This document shows positions 36,156 to 45,628 of a stretch of DNA of 64,000 nucleotides, in pieces (within the stretch, counting starts at the first letter, position 1; each line of letters opens with the position of its first letter). Location: the NCBI GenBank assembly GCA_041690135.1, contig JAWLHY010000005.1:275261-339260 (forward strand). Direction: 5' to 3'. The notes under the pieces were generated by a model, which made no database searches, was not told the origin of the DNA, and was given only the letters and a program-made list of their open reading frames with translations. Both the position numbers and the translations under genes were made by a program. This DNA comes from Armatimonadota bacterium. GTDB taxonomy: Bacteria > Armatimonadota > SYMT01.

Positions 36156-37088
36156 CTACTTCTGGAGGCTCTGCACGCATGGCTGATGCCAGCCCAGCGG
36201 ACTGAATACCGCCAGAAGTTCCTTTAGGCCCAGCGCCGACGGCGGGCGCCCGGCCAGGGCGGATGCCGCGGCTTCCACCGCATTCGTACCGAACGATCGT
36301 CCGTTCAGGCTGGGCGTCGTGGTGAGCAGGCAGGCCACGCCCCGCTCGCGGAGTGCCGCCACATCCTTGGGGGTGGTGGTGTTGGTGACGATCCACTTCC
36401 CCGCCAGCGCACCGGCCCCCGCCGGCATATGCTTGGAGATGAACTTGTAGTCCCCCGCGATCACGTCCGCCCAGGCGTACCACTTTAGATACTTCGGCAC
36501 GTCGCGGCTTTCACCCGTGGGATACAGCCACTCGAAAGGCACGCGCTTGCAGATCGTGGGGAGCAGGACCCGTGTTAGCTTTTGGGTGGTCGCCAGGGAA
36601 TGAAGCGGCACCGGGATCCCCAGGGCGAACATCAGATCGCCGACCACGACCTTGGCGCCCTGCGCAGCCAGTTCCGCCGCCATCCCCCATCGGTCGGCGG
36701 CACAGACCATCAACACTCGCTTCCCGCGCAGGTCCAGTTGGCCGGATTCCACGGCGGTCTGCACGATATACGGCTCCCAGTACTGTTTCAGGACCGATCC
36801 GTCGCAAACGGGCTTCCGGGAGACCACGGAGACCATCTCATCCGCCTTGCGAAGAGAGTACTTCTCCGTGCCGGAGAACAGATAGCGATTGATGCCGCCG
36901 AGCCCGATCGCCGCCACGGCGGGGTCCAGGTCGAGTGCCGCGAGAGTTTCGGTGTAGGTCCGGTAGTTCCGCCCCACCCCACGCCGCTCGATCGTGAGCG
37001 GCACGCCTGACGGCGAGAGATCGGCGGTCCAATCGCGCGAGGGGGACCCCAGGGAGACACTTACGACCTTGCTCGAGGGTTCGCTCAT
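36156..37088 (-). CDS. Conserved hypothetical protein (family often annotated quinate 5-dehydrogenase)
   Basis: VVSVSLGS..RD, GLGGI, GDLMFALG, WLYPTG, TNTTT, GRSFGTN. Confidence 0.75.
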   Translation of the reverse strand: MSEPSSKVVSVSLGSPSRDWTADLSPSGVPLTIERRGVGRNYRTYTETLAALDLDPAVAAIGLGGINRYLFSGTEKYSLRKADEMVSVVSRKPVCDGSVLKQYWEPYIVQTAVESGQLDLRGKRVLMVCAADRWGMAAELAAQGAKVVVGDLMFALGIPVPLHSLATTQKLTRVLLPTICKRVPFEWLYPTGESRDVPKYLKWYAWADVIAGDYKFISKHMPAGAGALAGKWIVTNTTTPKDVAALRERGVACLLTTTPSLNGRSFGTNAVEAAASALAGRPPSALGLKELLAVFSPLGWHQPCVQSLQK

Positions 37089-37092
37089 GGAG

Positions 37093-37752
37093 TCAGCGCA
37101 CCGTTACGCCGTTGTTTTTCTCGAGAAGCTCTCCGACCTGCCGTTTGACGTCCGCCGCCATTCCCGGGGCCTTCTGGCGGAGTTCCGCATAGTGCATCCC
37201 AAAGGCAGCCTCGTAGGTGGGGTCGCTGGTTTGGGACATAGCGAGGAGCTCTTCCAGCACCAGGCGCTGGAGCACGCGGGGAGCATCGGGCAGCTCCTTG
37301 CGTGCGTCCCGGAGAAGGCGCACGCGCTCAACGGGATCTTTGCTCCGGTCCGCCTCGGCAAGGAGACGGGCCGAACGCGCGCAACGGGAACTCCAGTCCA
37401 GCAGGTCCTGGTCTTCGGCCTGCTCGGAGCGGAGTGGGAGGCCCTTGAGCGTGTTATGGGCCGCGATGTCTTCTCCCAGGCGGAAGTAGAGGGCGGCCAC
37501 CTCGCGCCGGATGGGGGTGGGAAGCAGCGGCCGGCGCCCCACGGAGTCCGTGGTGTGGAGCGCGGCCTCCAGTTCTCCGGCGTCCAATTGATGTGCCGCG
37601 CGGGCGATCAGGGCGGCGTGCTCCGCCGAGGCCCGCGAGACCCACACCCCCAGAGACAGCATCCCCGCCGCCACGAATAGGAGAATGATCCACAGCAAGT
37701 TGCGGCGGAGACGCAGGGAGACCGGTGCCAGGGGCTCGCGAGAACGGGACAT
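37093..37752 (-). CDS. Hypothetical membrane-anchored helical protein
   Basis: One N-terminal TM then an alpha-helical, TPR-like region; 4 bp from the next gene; start uncertain. Confidence 0.65.
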   Translation of the reverse strand: MSRSREPLAPVSLRLRRNLLWIILLFVAAGMLSLGVWVSRASAEHAALIARAAHQLDAGELEAALHTTDSVGRRPLLPTPIRREVAALYFRLGEDIAAHNTLKGLPLRSEQAEDQDLLDWSSRCARSARLLAEADRSKDPVERVRLLRDARKELPDAPRVLQRLVLEELLAMSQTSDPTYEAAFGMHYAELRQKAPGMAADVKRQVGELLEKNNGVTVR

Positions 37753-38154
37753 CGAGAAAGCGCGCATACGAGAATGGGTGACACTCCACTCAACGTCGCC
37801 ACCTTGAAGACGGGATGAAGGGTCCATCTGTGAATACGCGTGGGAACTGGAGTAGTTCCCGAAGGTAGAGCAACCTGCTGGCGCCCAGTGCTTGCGAGCT
37901 TGTGTGCGTTTCCTGTCACGCCCAAGGCGTTAGTCTCTTACCAAGGTACTTCTGCGCAAAACGCGCACAAATGGCGTAGCTTCGGAAAGCTAACGAGCGG
38001 ATTCTGCAAAGCGGGAGAACGGGGGCAAAGGCAGCGGCGCGGAAGGCAGGGGGATTGCCCTAGCCCTATGCTCCGCCGGGTGTACTTCGCCGGGTAAACT
38101 CGCAAGCCTGCCCGGCGAAGCATAGGGTCGCTGAGGCTCCTTCGCAAACTGCAA

Positions 38155-38285
38155 GTCCGTATGGATGACACCGTTTCCCTCTTGGTTCCGGCTACGCCGG
38201 GTTAGGTTCAGGGTGCGATGGGAGTCCAGGCGCCAGCCCGGGTTTTGCGAGCGGAGGCCGGCTCCCCTGCGGTGTCAGGACGGAA
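38155..38285 (-). ncRNA. Structured ncRNA candidate (6S-like or TPP-riboswitch-like fold)
   Basis: Closing stems TCCGT/ACGGA and TGACACCG/CGGTGTCA; internal GGGGAGCC...ACCCTGAACC...CCGG-CGTAG-CCGG...AGGGAAAC; in a ~760-bp gene-free interval. Confidence 0.4.
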
Positions 38286-38300
38286 TAGTTCCGGCCCTGA

Positions 38301-38452
38301 GGGGAGTCCGGACGCTAGTCCGGTAGCTCGCGATCCTGGTTTCGGATCCCCATTCTACTAAATCCACTCCGTTGTGCGCCTGGGTGGCTCGCCTTCCGCA
38401 TCAGGATCCTGAGGCATTGGTCGCGAACCGCCGGACTGTGTCCGGACTCCCC
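38301..38452. other. ~150-nt rod-like inverted repeat
   Basis: GGGGAGTCCGGAC/GTCCGGACTCCCC, AGTCCGG/CCGGACT, TCGCGA/TCGCGA and GGATCC/GGATCC nested stems. Confidence 0.65.
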
Positions 38453-38588
38453 GCAAGTTCCACGATTCTAGTCGGGGCGACCACTCCGACAACAATTCCT
38501 CAGATCGAAATGGTGCCGAACGAGGAACCCTGTGGTTACCTTCCGGCGTCCCTCTTTATCCTTATCCGCCCCTCTTTGTCTTTTTCCA

Positions 38589-39599
38589 TCACTCTTCCTC
38601 ATCGCGGTAGCGGCGCGAGAGGAGGCGCTGAACGGCTTCGGGGAGGGGAGCGCCCTCGAACAGTACCCGGCGAAGTTCCTCCAGGATAGGCACGTCGATA
38701 CCCAGCATGGTGGCCAGGCGGCAGGCCGCATCGGTTGTGGGAACGCCTTCGGCGACCTGGTGGAGTTCCTCGCGGGCGTGCTCCAGCGTGTCGCCGCGCC
38801 CCAGGGCCAGGCCGAGTCGATAGTTCCGGCTCAGCGGGCTGTGCGCGGTGGCCAACAGGTCGCCGAGACCGGAGAGGCCGCTGAAGGTGGCTGCCCGCGC
38901 TCCCGCCGCTACCCCCAGGCGGGTCATCTCCGCCAGGCCGCGGGTCAGCATGCTGGCGCGGGTGTTGGCGCCGAAGCCCAGTCCGTCGCACATGCCTGCG
39001 GCGATCGCCAGGGGGTTCTTCAGCGCTCCCCCCAGTTCCACACCCGCCAGGTCGCTGTTGGTGTACACCCGGAAGAAGGGCGTGCTGAACACCTGCTGAA
39101 GCTCGCGGGCCAGGTGCGGGTCGGAGGCGGCCACCACGCTGGCGGTGGGGATGCGCCGCACGATTTCCGCCGACAGGTTGGGGCCGGAAAGGACCGCGAT
39201 ACGGGAGGGGGCGGTCCCGGACAGTTCTTCTTCCACGACCTGGGTAAGGCGTTTACCGGTCTCCCGCTCCAGGCCCTTGGCGGCGATGATGCAGGGAGTC
39301 GCCGCGGCCACCTCGGCGGTAGCGCGGGTGGTGGCACGAATCGCCTGGGTCGGCACCGCCAGCACGATGAGTTGCGCCGCGCCGGCACACTCTTGCAGGT
39401 CGGAGGAGAGGCGGATCCGGGGAGCGAGAGGCAATCCGGGAAGATACCGCGCGTTTTCACGCGCGGTATCGATTTCCCGGGCTCGTTCTGGGTCCCGGCA
39501 CCAGAGCTGGACTTCCCGCCCGTTTTCCGCGAGAAGCCAGGCCAGGGCCGTTCCCCAGCTTCCCGCGCCGAGCACGGCGATCGGCTTTGTAGTCGTCAT
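38589..39599 (-). CDS. gpsA: NAD(P)H-dependent glycerol-3-phosphate dehydrogenase
   Basis: GAGSWGTA, KGLE, LSGPN, GALKN, GLGDL, SRN, AEGV. Confidence 0.96.
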   Translation of the reverse strand: MTTTKPIAVLGAGSWGTALAWLLAENGREVQLWCRDPERAREIDTARENARYLPGLPLAPRIRLSSDLQECAGAAQLIVLAVPTQAIRATTRATAEVAAATPCIIAAKGLERETGKRLTQVVEEELSGTAPSRIAVLSGPNLSAEIVRRIPTASVVAASDPHLARELQQVFSTPFFRVYTNSDLAGVELGGALKNPLAIAAGMCDGLGFGANTRASMLTRGLAEMTRLGVAAGARAATFSGLSGLGDLLATAHSPLSRNYRLGLALGRGDTLEHAREELHQVAEGVPTTDAACRLATMLGIDVPILEELRRVLFEGAPLPEAVQRLLSRRYRDEEE

Positions 39600-39638
39600 G
39601 CCGGAGGCTCCGAGGCCGCGACCTCGCGTGGACAGCCG

Positions 39639-40688
39639 TCAAGATTCGCGGCCAAGCGCATAGAGCGTGATGTCGTGGATCGCCTGTGCGTACGGGTCGG
39701 CACCGTTGGCGCGCGCCAGGGCGTCGAGAGCATTGCGAGTGTGCGCCTCCACCTGGGTCCTCACCCAGTCGGAAGTTTCCAGGGCCGCCATAACTTCCAG
39801 CACGGCGTCCACGTCGCGGGACGCCAACGCCTTTCGGAGTTGCTGACCGCGGTCGGTTCCGGCTGGCGCGGCGCTGAGGGCGTGAACTACCGGCAGGCTG
39901 CGCTTGCCCTGGATCAGGTCGTTACCGACCGGTTTGCCGGTAAGCGAGGGTTCGCCCCAGATTCCGAGGTAGTCATCCCGGCACTGGAAGGCGAGCCCGA
40001 AGCTGCGGCCGAACTCGCCCAGGTCGTCGATCCGCTCCGCATCGTTCGTTCCCAACTGTGCCCCCAGGCGCAGGGCTCCTTCGATCAAGGCCGCCGTCTT
40101 GCCCCCCGTCATCCGGAAGTAAGCGTCCAGCGACATCTCGTCAGCGTCCTGGGCGGCCATGTCGAGATACTGCCCTTCGGTCATCAGGACGATCGCCCGG
40201 TTGACGGTCCGGAAGGCGGCGACCAGGCGATCCGCCGGGCAGTTGCCGGAAAGGCGCAGCAGGGCCGAATCGACCATCGCCTGCATGTTGGAGCCGACGT
40301 TGATAGCCTGCGGAATCCCCCACAACTTCCACACGGTGGGGCGATGACGCCGCTCTTCATCGTTGTCTTCCACATCGTCGTGCACGAGGGAGAAGTTGTG
40401 GATGAACTCGATGGCGGCGCCGCCCGCGGCGGCCACCGGGCCGGAGCCCCCGACGGCCTCGCAGGCGAGGACCGTCAGCACTCCTCGCAGGCGCTTGCCG
40501 CCGTGCTTCTTCCGGTCGGCGGCGGCCATCTTACGCAGCGCTTCGTCGTACCAGCCCAGGTGGTAGCGAGACCAGCGATAGAGGTCCAGGTCGTTCGAGG
40601 CGGAGGCGAGGGTCGCCTCCATTTCTGCATCCAGCCAGGGTACGCGCTCATCGATCAGCGCGGCGGTCACGGAAGGAATCAAGCTCAT
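39639..40688 (-). CDS. Polyprenyl synthetase (GGPP synthase-like)
   Basis: GGKRLR, LVHDDVED (FARM), RRHRPT, EGQYLD, KT, FQCRDDYLG. Confidence 0.92.
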   Translation of the reverse strand: MSLIPSVTAALIDERVPWLDAEMEATLASASNDLDLYRWSRYHLGWYDEALRKMAAADRKKHGGKRLRGVLTVLACEAVGGSGPVAAAGGAAIEFIHNFSLVHDDVEDNDEERRHRPTVWKLWGIPQAINVGSNMQAMVDSALLRLSGNCPADRLVAAFRTVNRAIVLMTEGQYLDMAAQDADEMSLDAYFRMTGGKTAALIEGALRLGAQLGTNDAERIDDLGEFGRSFGLAFQCRDDYLGIWGEPSLTGKPVGNDLIQGKRSLPVVHALSAAPAGTDRGQQLRKALASRDVDAVLEVMAALETSDWVRTQVEAHTRNALDALARANGADPYAQAIHDITLYALGRES

Positions 40689-40856
40689 AGTGGGAAGGTA
40701 ACGGTAGCACGAGGAAACAACCGTCACGTTCGGCCGACCGCGGCCGGACTCCTTCCGCCTGCACGATTACGCGGGAAATGACCGCAACTTTTGTCATGGC
40801 CCGGGGTCGTAGGGAGTTGCGTGAAACATACATCGCTTCACTCCCTTCATGGAGAA

Positions 40857-40889
40857 CCCCGCGGACATAGGTCCGCGGGGATTTTTCTT
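40857..40889. terminator. Hairpin/terminator downstream of the PRC-barrel gene
   Basis: CCCCGCGGAC-ATAG-GTCCGCGGGG; T-run on the plus strand only. Confidence 0.55.
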
Positions 40890-40900
40890 AGCCGATCCGC

Positions 40901-41440
40901 TTAAGCGGCGTTGCGCCCTGTGCCGGGCACGGCCACTATCTCTTCGTCCCCTTCTCCCGTGTCATAAGAGGTGACCTCGGGCTCACTCCAGCTTCCCATG
41001 GAGGGCCCGTCCGTGCTGCGGAGCCGGCCCGTCGCGGTCGCGCCGGTCATTGGCTGGGCGGTGCCCGTGGCGATCTCGGCCGCACTGCGCCCCGGACCGC
41101 CGTGCGGCGCCAGGTTCCGTTCCTGTTCTTCCCGCGTCTCCGGGAGGAGTTCCTGTTCCGTCCAACGGGTCTGGACGAAGTCCTGCCCGATGATCAGCTC
41201 TTCCCAGGGAACGAGGTATGACTTGACATTGAAGTTCATGAACTTCTGATAGTCCAGGAACGCGAAGCACGGTTCGAGGGTGTTCGGATCGACGTACACC
41301 TCTTTCACCGTCCCGACCTTGTGGCCGGTGGTATTCAAAATCTGGTAGCCGCGGATGTCCTGGAAATTGAACTCCCGCTTCCCTTCCAGGTCGCTCATCG
41401 GCATATAGGCCTGCAGGCGGTTGCCGGACGAAGTTTCCAT
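40901..41440 (-). CDS. PRC-barrel domain protein
   Basis: DIRGYQILNTTGHKVGTVKEVYVD...LVPW; GGGGAGG RBS. Confidence 0.85.
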   Translation of the reverse strand: METSSGNRLQAYMPMSDLEGKREFNFQDIRGYQILNTTGHKVGTVKEVYVDPNTLEPCFAFLDYQKFMNFNVKSYLVPWEELIIGQDFVQTRWTEQELLPETREEQERNLAPHGGPGRSAAEIATGTAQPMTGATATGRLRSTDGPSMGSWSEPEVTSYDTGEGDEEIVAVPGTGRNAA

Positions 41441-41567
41441 AAGGCTGCCTCCCCCTTTCGATCTTCTGCTCAGTGCGCCGGCTCTGTTTCTTTCCCGGCA
41501 TCTCGCTCTCGAGCGTGACGCTCGAACCCGATCCGAGCCCACACCGGCCCCGAGACTTCACACGGAT

Positions 41568-41594
41568 GTACCCGGCGGTTCGAGACCCTGAAAC
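41568..41594 (-). promoter_or_regulatory. SigB/SigF-type promoter for the PRC-barrel gene
   Basis: GTTT-17 bp-GGGTAC. Confidence 0.5.
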
Positions 41595-41606
41595 GCCAGG
41601 GAGAGT

Positions 41607-41631
41607 GTTTCGGGCTAACCGCCTCGGGTAA
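41607..41631 (+). promoter_or_regulatory. SigB/SigF-type promoter for the BON gene
   Basis: GTTT-15 bp-GGGTAA. Confidence 0.5.
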
Positions 41632-41747
41632 AGTCGCAGTGATATCCGGGAACGGTGGGTGCAGGGAGGATCGGCGCGGCAGATCCACCAGCGTGGACCC
41701 CACGGATTCCGGAATGTTTTGCGGCAGGGGCCGGCAGGAGGGAATAG

Positions 41748-42407
41748 ATGGCGATTGAGGACCAGAGACTGGTAGCCGAAGTGGAGCGGGCGATTGGGCT
41801 GCTTACCAACGTCAGCCATAACGAGCTGCGAGTGACCGCGGATAAGGGCCGGGTGCGCATCGATGGCGTGGTCCGCCACCTGGATGCCAAGCGGGAAGCG
41901 ATCGAAGCGGCCTGGAAGGTCCACGGGGTGGTGGCGGTGGACGAAGCCATCGCGGTGGAAACGCCCCGCCCGCCGCGGGATACGGTGCATTCGGAGGCTC
42001 TCGACGAGGCCCTGGAGGAGGACGAGGAAGTAGCTGCAATTCGCTTGGGCGCCAATTCCGCGCGAGGGCAGGCGGTAATGGTAGGATCCGCGGAGTCCGT
42101 TCGGGAACTGGGCCGGGCGATGGATACCGCTTCCGAAGTGCGGAATACGACGAACATCATCGACAGCGCTCGGATCGGCAATCCCTACGGTCCGGACCAG
42201 GTTCAATTAGCGAACGCAGTGGCGGACGTGATCCGCCGGCATCCGGTGCTGCACAACCGCCAGATCCGGCCGATCATCGAAGATACGGGGAAAGTCGTCC
42301 TCACCGGTCAGGTGCAGAATGAAAGCGAGAAGCGCGAAGCTCTCAACGCCGTCTCCGGAGTTCCCGGTCTGCACAGTGTCCGCGAGGATCTCGAGATCGT
42401 GCCGTAG
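41748..42407 (+). CDS. BON domain protein (3 BON repeats, no signal peptide)
   Basis: GRVRIDG..AWKVHGVVAV; GKVVLTGQV..VPGLHSVREDL; AGGAGG RBS. Confidence 0.88.
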   Translation: MAIEDQRLVAEVERAIGLLTNVSHNELRVTADKGRVRIDGVVRHLDAKREAIEAAWKVHGVVAVDEAIAVETPRPPRDTVHSEALDEALEEDEEVAAIRLGANSARGQAVMVGSAESVRELGRAMDTASEVRNTTNIIDSARIGNPYGPDQVQLANAVADVIRRHPVLHNRQIRPIIEDTGKVVLTGQVQNESEKREALNAVSGVPGLHSVREDLEIVP

Positions 42408-42422
42408 TGGCGTTCCTGATCC

Positions 42423-42467
42423 GCGAATTGCGCGAATGGAGCGAATGGAGCGAATGGAGCGAATGGA
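42423..42467. repeat. 9-bp tandem repeat GCGAATGGA
   Basis: Four exact copies plus one variant. Confidence 0.9.
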
Positions 42468-42619
42468 GACGCGCGCGTCGAATCGAGGCGCGGGTGCGGA
42501 GGCTCCGGTGGGTAACCACCGGAGCCTGACTTTTTGCGTAGCATCCCCGTGACCCTTCGGGCGGCAGTTGCATCCAAGTAGGCGGGACTGAGAACCGTGC
42601 CTGCAGGAGCTTCGTCGCC

Positions 42620-43168
42620 ATGCGTGCTTCCAATATGATGCCGGAGTCGGCCGAACCCCGCGGCCACCGGCAATTGAGTCACCTCCCGCAATCCCAGGTG
42701 GCCAGTCTACTGGCCTCCCACCGGCCGGCTCTCCGTGCCTTTATCTGCCGGCGCGGGTTTACCCCCGACGATGCGGAGGACCTGGCCCAGGAGACGATCC
42801 TGCGCGCGTGGTGCCACCAGGCCAGCTTTCAGGGCCCCTGCCTGGCGGCGTGGCTTTACCGGATCGCCGCAAACCTCACGGTGGACACGGTGCGGCGCCG
42901 GCGCCTGCGGACGGTCCCCCTCGATCTGGCGGAGCAGGCGACGCTGTTGACCGACGAGGCCTGCACAGCATCAGCGACCTACGAGCTCATCCGGGACAGG
43001 ATGGCGGATCTCTCTCCCGAGCAGCGGGAGATCCTGCGGCTACGGTATGAGGCGGATCTATCGATCGTGGAGATTGCCGGGCGCCTCCGGTGCACGGACG
43101 GGGCCGCCAAACTCCGCGTTTTCCGTGCGGTCGAAGCCCTACGCCAGCGCTGCGGTGTGCATCGATAG
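42620..43168 (+). CDS. ECF RNA polymerase sigma factor
   Basis: DAEDLAQET, AWLYRIAAN, LSPEQREIL, EIA, KLRVFRA. Confidence 0.92.
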   Translation: MRASNMMPESAEPRGHRQLSHLPQSQVASLLASHRPALRAFICRRGFTPDDAEDLAQETILRAWCHQASFQGPCLAAWLYRIAANLTVDTVRRRRLRTVPLDLAEQATLLTDEACTASATYELIRDRMADLSPEQREILRLRYEADLSIVEIAGRLRCTDGAAKLRVFRAVEALRQRCGVHR

Positions 43169-43313
43169 GCAACGCCGAGGGCCGGTGCCGACGTAGATAC
43201 CGGTGAGGGGTGGGACAACTTCCAGAGGGATGGGCACGTCAAGAGTTACAGTGCCTCCGGCATTCTCCCCCAGGGCCGGGGAGCCAACCTGATCTGGATG
43301 CTGCACTGAGCGA

Positions 43314-44732
43314 ATGACACTACTACGACACTGGACGATCCGGAGACGACGAGTCACTTTGACGCACAGTTCGGCACGGCAGAGGGGGGCACAGATCGGT
43401 TTCCGCCCGAGGGCTGTCGGGCTGGCCCTGGTGATGACGATTCTGGGCGCACTGCTCGCCGGATGCAATACCGGACGCTCCGTGCCCGGAACCACGCGCG
43501 TCTCCTTCATGGTGTTCGGCGATCCGGCGGAGCTGGCGGCCTACCGAAAACTGGTGGCCGCGTTCGAAGCGAAACAGTCCGAAGTTCGCATCCAACTGAT
43601 CCACATCCCCAGTCAAAAGGAGTACCGGCGACGGCTCGCCGCGGACTTCACCGGCGGCGCTCCGGCGGATGTCCTGCTGAGCAACTATCTGCGGTTTAGC
43701 GATCTGGCGTCGCGCGGCGGGGTCGAGATCCTGACTCCCTACTTCGTCCGCAGCACAGTTCTGCGGGAAGAGGAGTTCAATCCCCTCGTTCTAAAAGCGT
43801 TCACGTGGCGGAACCGGCTCTACGGCATCCCGCAAAACGTTTCGAGCCTGGTCGTCTACTATAACAAGGCCCTGTTCGACGCGGCCGGTCTACCGTACCC
43901 GGAGGACGACTGGAACTGGAATGATTTCGTGCGGACGGCCAGGGCGTTGACGCGCGATGTGGACAGCGACGGGCGGACCGATCAGTACGGCCTGGGGGTA
44001 GAGCCGACGCTGACCCGTCTTGCTCCTTTTATCTGGCAGAACGGCGGAGAGCTCGTGGATAACCGTCTGGAACCGACTCGGCTCCGGTTGTTGGAAGCTC
44101 CCGCCGTGGAGGCAGCGCAATGGTTTGTGGACCTCCAGGTGCGCCACGGGGTAGTCCCCAACCGGGTGGAAGAGCGAGCCGAAGAGAGTGAAGCGCGCTT
44201 CCTCAATGGGCGCACGGCCATGTTCCTGAACAGCCGCCGGGGAGTACCCACCTATCGGGAGATCCGGGGCTTCGATTGGGACGTGGCGCCGCTGCCCCGG
44301 GCTAAGGAGCGGGCCGGGATCCTGCATTCCGATGCCTATTTCATCGCCCGCTCCAGCCGCGTGAAGGACGCCGCGTGGCGGTTCATCGAGTACGCCTGTT
44401 CCCGGGAAGGGCAGGAGATCATCGCTGCCTCCGGGCGCACGGTGCCTTCCAATATGACCGTTGCTGCCTCCGCTGCTTTCCTCGATCCGGAGCGCAAGCC
44501 TCAGAACAGTCGTGTCTTCCTCGACACGGTACCGGTGATGCGCGCGGCGCCGCAGCACGCGGGCTGGGTGGACATCGAAGAGATCGCCAGCGACGAACTG
44601 GAGCGGGCGTTTTACGGTGAGGTGGAGCTCGCCGAGGCGCTGCGGCGGACCGTGGAGCGGACCCAGAACGTCTTCAATGAGTACGGGCCGGGGGCGGTTT
44701 CCGTGGCGGTTCCACCGGCGCCGGGGCATTGA
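43314..44732 (+). CDS. ABC transporter sugar-binding lipoprotein
   Basis: Lipobox [25 protein letters not shown]; true start probably downstream of 43314. Confidence 0.88.
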   Translation: MTLLRHWTIRRRRVTLTHSSARQRGAQIGFRPRAVGLALVMTILGALLAGCNTGRSVPGTTRVSFMVFGDPAELAAYRKLVAAFEAKQSEVRIQLIHIPSQKEYRRRLAADFTGGAPADVLLSNYLRFSDLASRGGVEILTPYFVRSTVLREEEFNPLVLKAFTWRNRLYGIPQNVSSLVVYYNKALFDAAGLPYPEDDWNWNDFVRTARALTRDVDSDGRTDQYGLGVEPTLTRLAPFIWQNGGELVDNRLEPTRLRLLEAPAVEAAQWFVDLQVRHGVVPNRVEERAEESEARFLNGRTAMFLNSRRGVPTYREIRGFDWDVAPLPRAKERAGILHSDAYFIARSSRVKDAAWRFIEYACSREGQEIIAASGRTVPSNMTVAASAAFLDPERKPQNSRVFLDTVPVMRAAPQHAGWVDIEEIASDELERAFYGEVELAEALRRTVERTQNVFNEYGPGAVSVAVPPAPGH

Positions 44733-45628
44733 TCGCGGGCATGGGGAAGTCGCGTCGTAAACCCCGCACTGCCGGGAGAGAATGGCTCCTGGTGCCTTTT
44801 CTGGGGGGAGCGCTGCTCCTGGTCGGCGTACCGGCGCTGCTCTCCTTCGCGCTGGCGTTCACGCGATATGATGCGCTCGGACCGCCGCAGTGGGTGGGGT
44901 TGGCGAACTTCACGGAAGCGCTGCGCGATATCCGCCTGGGCGCCGCGATCCATAACTCCGTTTACTTCATCGCCCTGGCGGTCCCGCTCCGGCTGGTGGG
45001 GGCCCTACTGCTGGCGCTCCTGCTGAACCGTCCGTTCCGCGGAGTGGGCGCCTGCCGGGCGGCGGTGTACCTACCCACGGTGATTCCGGATGCGGCCTAC
45101 GCCCTTATCTGGCTCTGGATCTTCAATCCCGTCTTCGGACCACTGAACCTGGTGCTGGGGGCACTGCGGTTACCGACCCCCACCTGGTTGGCCGACCCGG
45201 CCACGGCGAAGCTCGTCTTCGTGGGGATGTCGCTGTTCCAGATTGGGGAAGGGTTCGTGATTCTGCTTGCCGGCTTGAAGAGCATTCCGCGGGAGTATTA
45301 TGAGGCGGCCCACGTGGCGGGTGGGAGCCGGTGGCAGGCATTTCTGTGCATAACGGCGCCGCTGCTGTGGCCCTGGCTGGCGCTGTTGACGTTTCGGGAC
45401 GTCATCCACAGCTTCCAGTACACCTTCACTCACGCCTTCCTGATGACGGGCGGGGACCCATACTACTCCACGCTCTTCATGCCGCTGTTGGTCTATGAAG
45501 AAGCCTTTGACCGGTTCCGGTTCGGTGTGGGATCGGCGGTGATGCTGCTGATGTTCCTGCTCACCGCCGTGATGATCGCGGCACTCTACCGGGTGTTTCG
45601 AGGACGGGGATACGCCGATGCCGCGTGA
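44729..45628 (+). CDS. Carbohydrate ABC transporter permease
   Basis: YYEAAHVAGG loop, WVGLANF. Confidence 0.9.
   Translation: MIAGMGKSRRKPRTAGREWLLVPFLGGALLLVGVPALLSFALAFTRYDALGPPQWVGLANFTEALRDIRLGAAIHNSVYFIALAVPLRLVGALLLALLLNRPFRGVGACRAAVYLPTVIPDAAYALIWLWIFNPVFGPLNLVLGALRLPTPTWLADPATAKLVFVGMSLFQIGEGFVILLAGLKSIPREYYEAAHVAGGSRWQAFLCITAPLLWPWLALLTFRDVIHSFQYTFTHAFLMTGGDPYYSTLFMPLLVYEEAFDRFRFGVGSAVMLLMFLLTAVMIAALYRVFRGRGYADAA

Noticed and set aside
38155-38285. Canonical TPP riboswitch call
   Set aside because: The invariant UGAGA and pyrophosphate-binding nucleotides are altered, and no thiamine-related gene follows.
32137-40781. Long plus-strand ORFs 32137-33567, 34273-35862 and 38532-40781
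   Set aside because: Antisense to the MFS, oxidoreductase/apbE and gpsA/prenyl synthase genes; no motifs.
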